Assembly: GCA_002633005.1 (NCBI GenBank)
Contig: NMRA01000273.1
Span: 501,582-565,581, forward strand
Reading direction: 5' to 3'
Source of the DNA: Phoronis australis
Taxonomy: Eukaryota; Animalia; Phoronida
DNA length: 64,000 bases
The notes beneath the pieces are model-generated. The model ran no database searches. It was not told the DNA's origin and was given only the letters and a program-made list of their open reading frames with translations. Made by a program: the position numbers and the translations under genes. Positions 58,501-64,000 of this stretch are shown here, piece by piece (position 1 is the first letter of the stretch; each line of letters begins with the position of its first letter).

Positions 58501-61500
58501 GACAGTGTATTTATATGAACAACAGACGACGACCACTTTCAGGCAGATCCAACGGACACTGTGCCCACTAGTGGCAATTTCATTTTGTTCTGTTTTCCTT
58601 TGTTTCTCTGAAGTTCCTTGACAGATTTTTATGAAATATGGCATGTTCCTGTTTTTGGATGAATTGTATGTTTTTGCGCCATCTAGTGGCCATTTTTATG
58701 ATACAAATAAATAACCCTAAAAGCACACCATTTGCAATGCATTCGTGGGCGCATTTCAGCGCTCCGTGTTGCTATTGTGTTGATTGTTGAGACTTGTCAG
58801 TTTCTTCACACTTTTATACGTCCTGTTGTGATGTATTTTCAGGGCGTTTGCACGGATGGGTAATGCGTACAGAAAGCAGGATGACTTGGAAAATGCCTTG
58901 GTCTATTTCAACAAGTCAATAACAGAACACAGGAATCCGGATGTTGTTAAACAAGTGCATGAGGTAAATGTCGAGAAAATGTAGCCTGCTGATTCGTTTT
59001 GGACTTCACTAGCTTTAGTGTGGGCTTCACAATGTTGAACGTGGGCTTCACTTTGTTCAGTGTGACTTCACTAGATCACTGTGACTTCTCTAGATTGACT
59101 GTGGGCTTCACTAAGTTTAATGTAGGCTTCACTAGATTCAGTGAGGGCTTCAGTAGATTCAATGTGACTTCTAAATTCAGCGTAGCTTCACTAGATTCTG
59201 GCTGAATTCTCTAGGTTCAGTGTAGGTGCCACTTGATTCAGTGTGAGCTTCACTAGATTCAGTTTGGGCTTCACTAGATTTAGCGTGACTTCACTAGATT
59301 CAGTTTGGGCTTTGCTAAATTTAGTGTGGCTTTACTGGATTCAGTGTGGCTTCAATAGGTTTAGTGTGACTTCTCTAGGTTCAGTGTGGGCTACACTAGA
59401 TTCTGTGTGAGCTTCACTTGGTTCAATGTGGGCTTCACTAGATTCACTATGGGCTTCACTTGGCTCAGTGTGGGCTTTACTAGATTCATTGTGGGGTTCA
59501 CTAGGTTCATTGTGGGTTACACTAGGTTAAGGATAGGCTTCTCTAGGTTTAGTGTGGGCTTCACTAGCTTCAGTGTAACTTCTAGATTCAGTGTGGGCTT
59601 CACTAGATTAATGGGACTTGACTAAATTCCATGTGGGCTTTACTAGATTCAGCGTGACTTCCTCTAAATTTAGCATGAGCTTCACTTTATTAACACAGTG
59701 ATTCTTTCCATGATTACGTCACACAATACTTGTTCTCAGGACACTCGATTCCATCGACTCCTTGAAATTAAACTATACTATTTGATGATACTTCAAGAAT
59801 TCTTTCAGTGGTTATTTAGCCACCAATTTTTGACAGGTCTAGTTGTCCCACTATTCACCTAAGGCGGCCTGCCAGCACAGTCACCGTACATTGGAATGTT
59901 TCTTTGAAAGTCTTGTTTATTTGTTTTCCTATTTGTGTGCGAATATTAGAACATTCAAATTTCACCTAATAAATTTTGGCTTGCCAGTAAGCACCAGCAG
60001 TATGTCCGATACCTGATTTTCTGCTGCTGAAACAGTCGTCAGTCTTTGGTTGTCGTACACATCCTTCATCAAACTTGGACAATATTATTCAAACTTGGCC
60101 TTCCTTATTCAAGGTTACACACGACGCTTTCATAATATTCTTGTTTCCGTGACAACTGTTGTTATTTTAGCATATGTTAGTTTACTGCGCAGGCGTACAA
60201 ACAAGACATGGGATGTGTTTATTTTGATCACGAGTTGGTAAGAAACGTGTTGCTTGGTGATGGTAATCCTTAAATATAGTAAATTTGAATTGTGTTCCTG
60301 GCCAGCAAACTTATGGTTAACACCAAGGGTTACCAATAGACAAGGTTTTCCATACTTATAATTCAGTGTTTAAAAGTTGTCTTGACCAACATTCAAGCTT
60401 ATTCAAGGTTTTTTTGACAATCTTGATTTACCTTCCTGCTAGTAATATTTCTCGAATTTATCTTACGATGATTAGTGATGGAGCAAGGAAATTCAAGCTT
60501 GGACAAATGTTTCATTCAAGATGACATGACATTAAGCTTGCTCAAATTAAGGCAAGGCTTCTTTATAACATATTATAATACCGTAATAACTGCACAAATT
60601 TAACCTATGCTTTTTTGTAATATATTATATTGCCCTAATAACTATGCACGAATTTGACTTACCAGAACTATCCTAGTAATTCAGCCTGGGCTGAGAACCA
60701 CTACTGCTTCAAGTGTTTCTACAAATATCTAAAGTATATGTTTTAAGTGTGAAGGGAATTTTCTCTAACTGATTTCAGACTGAGTTTGGAATTGACACAG
60801 CGTCAGAAAAAGGGCAAGTGTTATTTCATTTGTTAGCCATTTTGCAATTGTTGGAATGTTTCTCTTGTAGATTGAAAAACTGAAGAAAGCCAAGGAAAGG
60901 TTAGCGTATATCAACCCAGAGCTGTCCATTGAAGAGAAAAATAAGGGAAATGTTTTTTTCCGAGAAGGTAATGATGCAGAATTAGGCAATGCACAAATGG
61001 TGTCCTGTCTGAAACCATATATGTCCGTTTGAATAAGGTTTTGGCCCTAAAAGTAAATAGACTTGCTTGATAGCGCGATGTGTCTGTTATATTTGTTGTC
61101 CTCAAGAAAATCACTCTGTCTGCAAGTTTAGGGTTCATATCTGCAATTTGGAAACATCTGAGAATTACTGGTCATGCCAACATTTCCCTCTAAGAGTCCC
61201 CTGTTCCGAAGGTGGAAGCACCTTACCTCTCTTGTGAGTAAGGACCCTGTCAAAAACCATGGTAATTGAGTGCAGGTAGTGGCACGTTTGTTTTGACATA
61301 CTCTCGTGTGTAAACAAGGTCATTTGTGTAGTGTTAAGTCTGCATTCCTGTGTTTCTGTTAGAGTTGCAGTTGTGCACACAATGTCTCAGAAACACTGCA
61401 CAGCGTAGAACCAGCTTGTTTGCTTTGCACTTGTCCATTAAGGACACAAATCTGTCCTATCTGGTTTGACTTGTAACAGTGCAGCTTGACATTTTGCTGC

Positions 61501-64000
61501 ATTTCTCTCACCAGGCAAATGGCCAGATGCAATCAAGTGTTATTCAGAGGCGATAAAAAGGAATCCAGACGATGCCAAAATATACAGTAATCGGGCAGCC
61601 TGCTATTCAAAGTTAATGGAGTTCTCCTTGGCTCTTAAAGACTGCGATGAGTGTATTCGTCTAGATCCTACCTTCAGTAAGTCATTTGGTTTTGGTGTGG
61701 GTGTGTGCTTCAGTAAGTCACTTAGTGTTGGTATGTGCTTCAATAATTGATTTACTGTTGGTATTATGTGCTTCAATAAGTGACTACAAATGATTTCCTA
61801 CAAACACAATTCGAAGTGTGCGACAAAGAGGCGCGAATGAACTAACCAATGACATATCCACTGTAATTATGTATCCCACGAACAGGAGCATACTCGGCAA
61901 AAGTCATAGTGTGCTTCAGTAGATGACTTATTTTTGGTTTTCGTTTGGCTTGTACTTTACTTGTTGGGTGCAATTATCTAGCTTGTGCACAGCCGTGCCA
62001 TCAACCATTACACTACCACTCATTACCCTGGTACCTTTGCTGGTCAATGTCAAGCATGTACACCCCTGTGCCATCAACCATTACACTACCACTCATTTCC
62101 CTGGTACCTTTGCTGGTCAATGTCAAGCATGTACACACCTGTGCCATCAATCATTACACTACCACTCATTACACTGGTACCTTTGCTGGTCAATGTCAAG
62201 CATGTACACACCTGTGCCATCAATTATTACATTACCACTCACTACACTGGAACCTTGATGTCAATCCCAATATCAAATCCCTAGTGATATTCCTTGTTGT
62301 TGACTTCATGTGTGGTTGACTGTAGTATGCATTCTAGGCCAATCTAGCTGTGAAGTGGTGCTGTATTGTCCTATGACATGCAGGAGTGAAGGGGATGGAT
62401 GATAGCTATGTTGGCTAATACTCCTCTCTGCTCTGCACCCTCTGCCTAAATAAGGGTATCAAACAGCCATATGCACAAACTTCGAATCGTATGCCTGGCT
62501 TGATGCTTCGGGTAATGCCAACTCGTCAAATGCGACCTAGCAAAATTCCCAGATCACCAAATGGGAACTTTGGTTGCCAAATCATGGTAACCCCAAATGG
62601 GGAGTTTCAGAAGTCCTGGTACAGGCATAGGTGGCAACAGCCGAATATGAAATTGAAGAACCGGCAAACTCAGAAAATATCTGTTCGCGCACCTTAGACC
62701 ACCCACATGTGGTTGTTTTTCAGTCGAATAGAAAATTGTGTCTCACGTGACCAATTTCTCCCTTGGGCCTGACATCCTGCATAGTTTCACCTCCTGGGGC
62801 AGAGACATACGATTGGAGCGCATAAATGGGCCATTGTGATTTTCAACAAACATTCCGACTCCCAGCTGCTTACTTCCTTTAGTATTTTAGTGTGGGTCAA
62901 CTTGGCATTTTACCAGGTCACCAAACAAAATCTTCAGTTCGCCAAATCAAGCCCTGGCATTGCAGAACCACTGAAGTGCATTTGAACTGTTAGATCATAC
63001 ATACAAAGCACAACGTCATACGTACATACGCTATGTGCATTCTTTCATACAGTTCGTTCATTTCATTTTTGTTAGAACAATTGACTTTACAGATTGTTCG
63101 CATCATTCTGTGTTTGTACATATGTTGTAGTTCATACTTGTGATTCAGTGGTGCAAGCAGATGACTTAGTGGTTGTGACATATGGTTTCAAATTTGTGTA
63201 TGTTTGCATAGTACCACTTATGTTATTACCACCAGTATCATCACCAAAATTTTATAGCTATTATGGTGTTGTTATTGTTATTGTAATAATTAGCATTATT
63301 ATAAATAATATTGGTGTCAATACAGTTTAATCAATTATATATTTTGATTTCTTCCAATACGACTCTTATGCATTTTTGTTCCAGTCAAGGGTTATCTGCG
63401 TAAAGCTAACTGCCTAGTAGCCATGAAAGACACTGCCAAGGCGCAGGACGCCTACCATAAAGCACTGGAAATTGACCCCAACTGTCAGGTATAGTGAAAC
63501 TGGTCTCACAGAGGTAGCTACTAATGCTAGTCTGGACATAGAGGCTAGGTCTTGTAAATAGCACGTGAAATAAGAGGTGCAGACAATGACATAATTGAGT
63601 GATTGTGAAGCTGAAGTGGCCACGAACTATTTTCTTATCAAAAACAACCATTGCTAAATGCTAACTGTCCTGTGCATTATAGCAATACCCATAGTTAGTT
63701 TGTGGGAATATGCTGATTAGTCACTCTCGAAATATCGCTTTCATTGGTTATTTTTGACGAGCCTTTTAAGTTTTGAATCTACGGGCATGTGATATGTAAG
63801 AGAGAAATCAACTTAGAATTTTTGTAAAATTTGTTTCTTTAAAATAGATTTGTTGTGAAATTCTTAAATATTTGCTCATGTATTCAGTCATAAGCAACAT
63901 CACACTTAATGTTTTCCAAGTTTTTCATTGTTTACCAACAGGAGGCACTACAAGGCTATCGTCAGTGCTTGGACAGTGAAAGCCCAGAAGACGTAAAGCG
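52568..64000 (+). CDS. STIP1: STIP1/Hop (Hsp70-Hsp90 organising protein)-like gene, TPR2A-TPR2B-(DP2), continues past the window
   Basis: Eight phase-consistent exons whose translation is collinear with STIP1 from TPR2A to SPEDVKR. Confidence 0.95.
53004..53497. mobile_element. Foldback MITE (~240-bp imperfect arms)
   Basis: gagcttcata.. / ..tatgaagctc; internal actcgaacaaatattcccgtta / taacgggaatatttgttcgagt. Confidence 0.85.
54254..54380 (+). CDS. STIP1: STIP1-like exon 2 (TPR2A start)
   Basis: [42 protein letters not shown]. Confidence 0.95.
55664..55875 (+). repeat. Degenerate ~29-bp minisatellite x~7
   Basis: gaaatgtacccttgcagacaaatagttac variants. Confidence 0.8.
55932..56034 (+). 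CDS. STIP1: STIP1-like exon 3
   Basis: [35 protein letters not shown]. Confidence 0.95.
57031..58777 (+). mobile_element. Helentron/DINE-1-like non-autonomous element with an internal satellite (~150-bp monomers, ~450-bp 3-mer higher-order unit)
   Basis: Starts in a T run; subterminal inverted repeat atgcgcccac / gtgggcgcat; GTCY-like tract near the 5' end; short 3' hairpin; equivalent motifs at 57376, 57828 and 58278. Confidence 0.75.
58843..58963 (+). CDS. STIP1: STIP1-like exon 4
   Basis: [40 protein letters not shown]. Confidence 0.95.
59001..59686 (+). repeat. 21-bp minisatellite, ~30 copies
   Basis: gggcttcactagattcagtgt variants. Confidence 0.95.
60871..60967 (+). CDS. STIP1: STIP1-like exon 5
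   Basis: [32 protein letters not shown]. Confidence 0.95.
61515..61676 (+). CDS. STIP1: STIP1-like exon 6 (TPR2B)
   Basis: [54 protein letters not shown]. Confidence 0.95.
61993..62255 (+). repeat. 73-bp tandem repeat x3.5
   Basis: gtgccatcaa at 61995, 62068, 62141 and 62214. Confidence 0.95.
63385..63488 (+). CDS. STIP1: STIP1-like exon 7
   Basis: [35 protein letters not shown]. Confidence 0.95.
63942..64000 (+). CDS. STIP1: STIP1-like exon 8 (partial, start of DP2)
   Basis: [19 protein letters not shown]. Confidence 0.9.

Noticed and set aside
58999-59625. VGFTRF-repeat ORFs
   Set aside because: Translation of the 21-bp minisatellite.
61923-62319. Cys/His-rich ORFs in three frames
   Set aside because: Translation of the 73-bp tandem repeat; the period is not a multiple of 3.

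Overview
AT-rich, intron-rich animal genomic DNA from a draft assembly (three N gaps and two single-N joins). It is probably a marine invertebrate deuterostome; that is inferred from protein similarity and repeat style, not proven. Three genes can be spliced together by eye. (1) A divergent Q50 homeobox gene on + (17510-20183, probably 3 exons). (2) A full EMAP/EML gene on - (50155 to 21389) with an N-terminal coiled coil, HELP motif, WD40/TAPE domain and a U12 intron. (3) A head-to-head STIP1/Hop-like gene on + (52568 to beyond 64000) that appears to start directly at TPR2A, lacking TPR1-DP1, with a heat-shock element next to its ATG. A signal-peptide exon at 5403-5337 (-) suggests a fourth gene leaving the window on the left. 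The rest is non-autonomous DNA transposons, a SINE and mini/microsatellites. These include an AT-TSD element carrying decayed THAP and HIRAN-like sequence, a 5-bp-TSD family, and a Helentron-like element with 11 CTCF-like motifs. The most unusual recurring pattern is that many exon ends, often with their splice sites, are tandemly echoed in the adjacent intron in all three genes.
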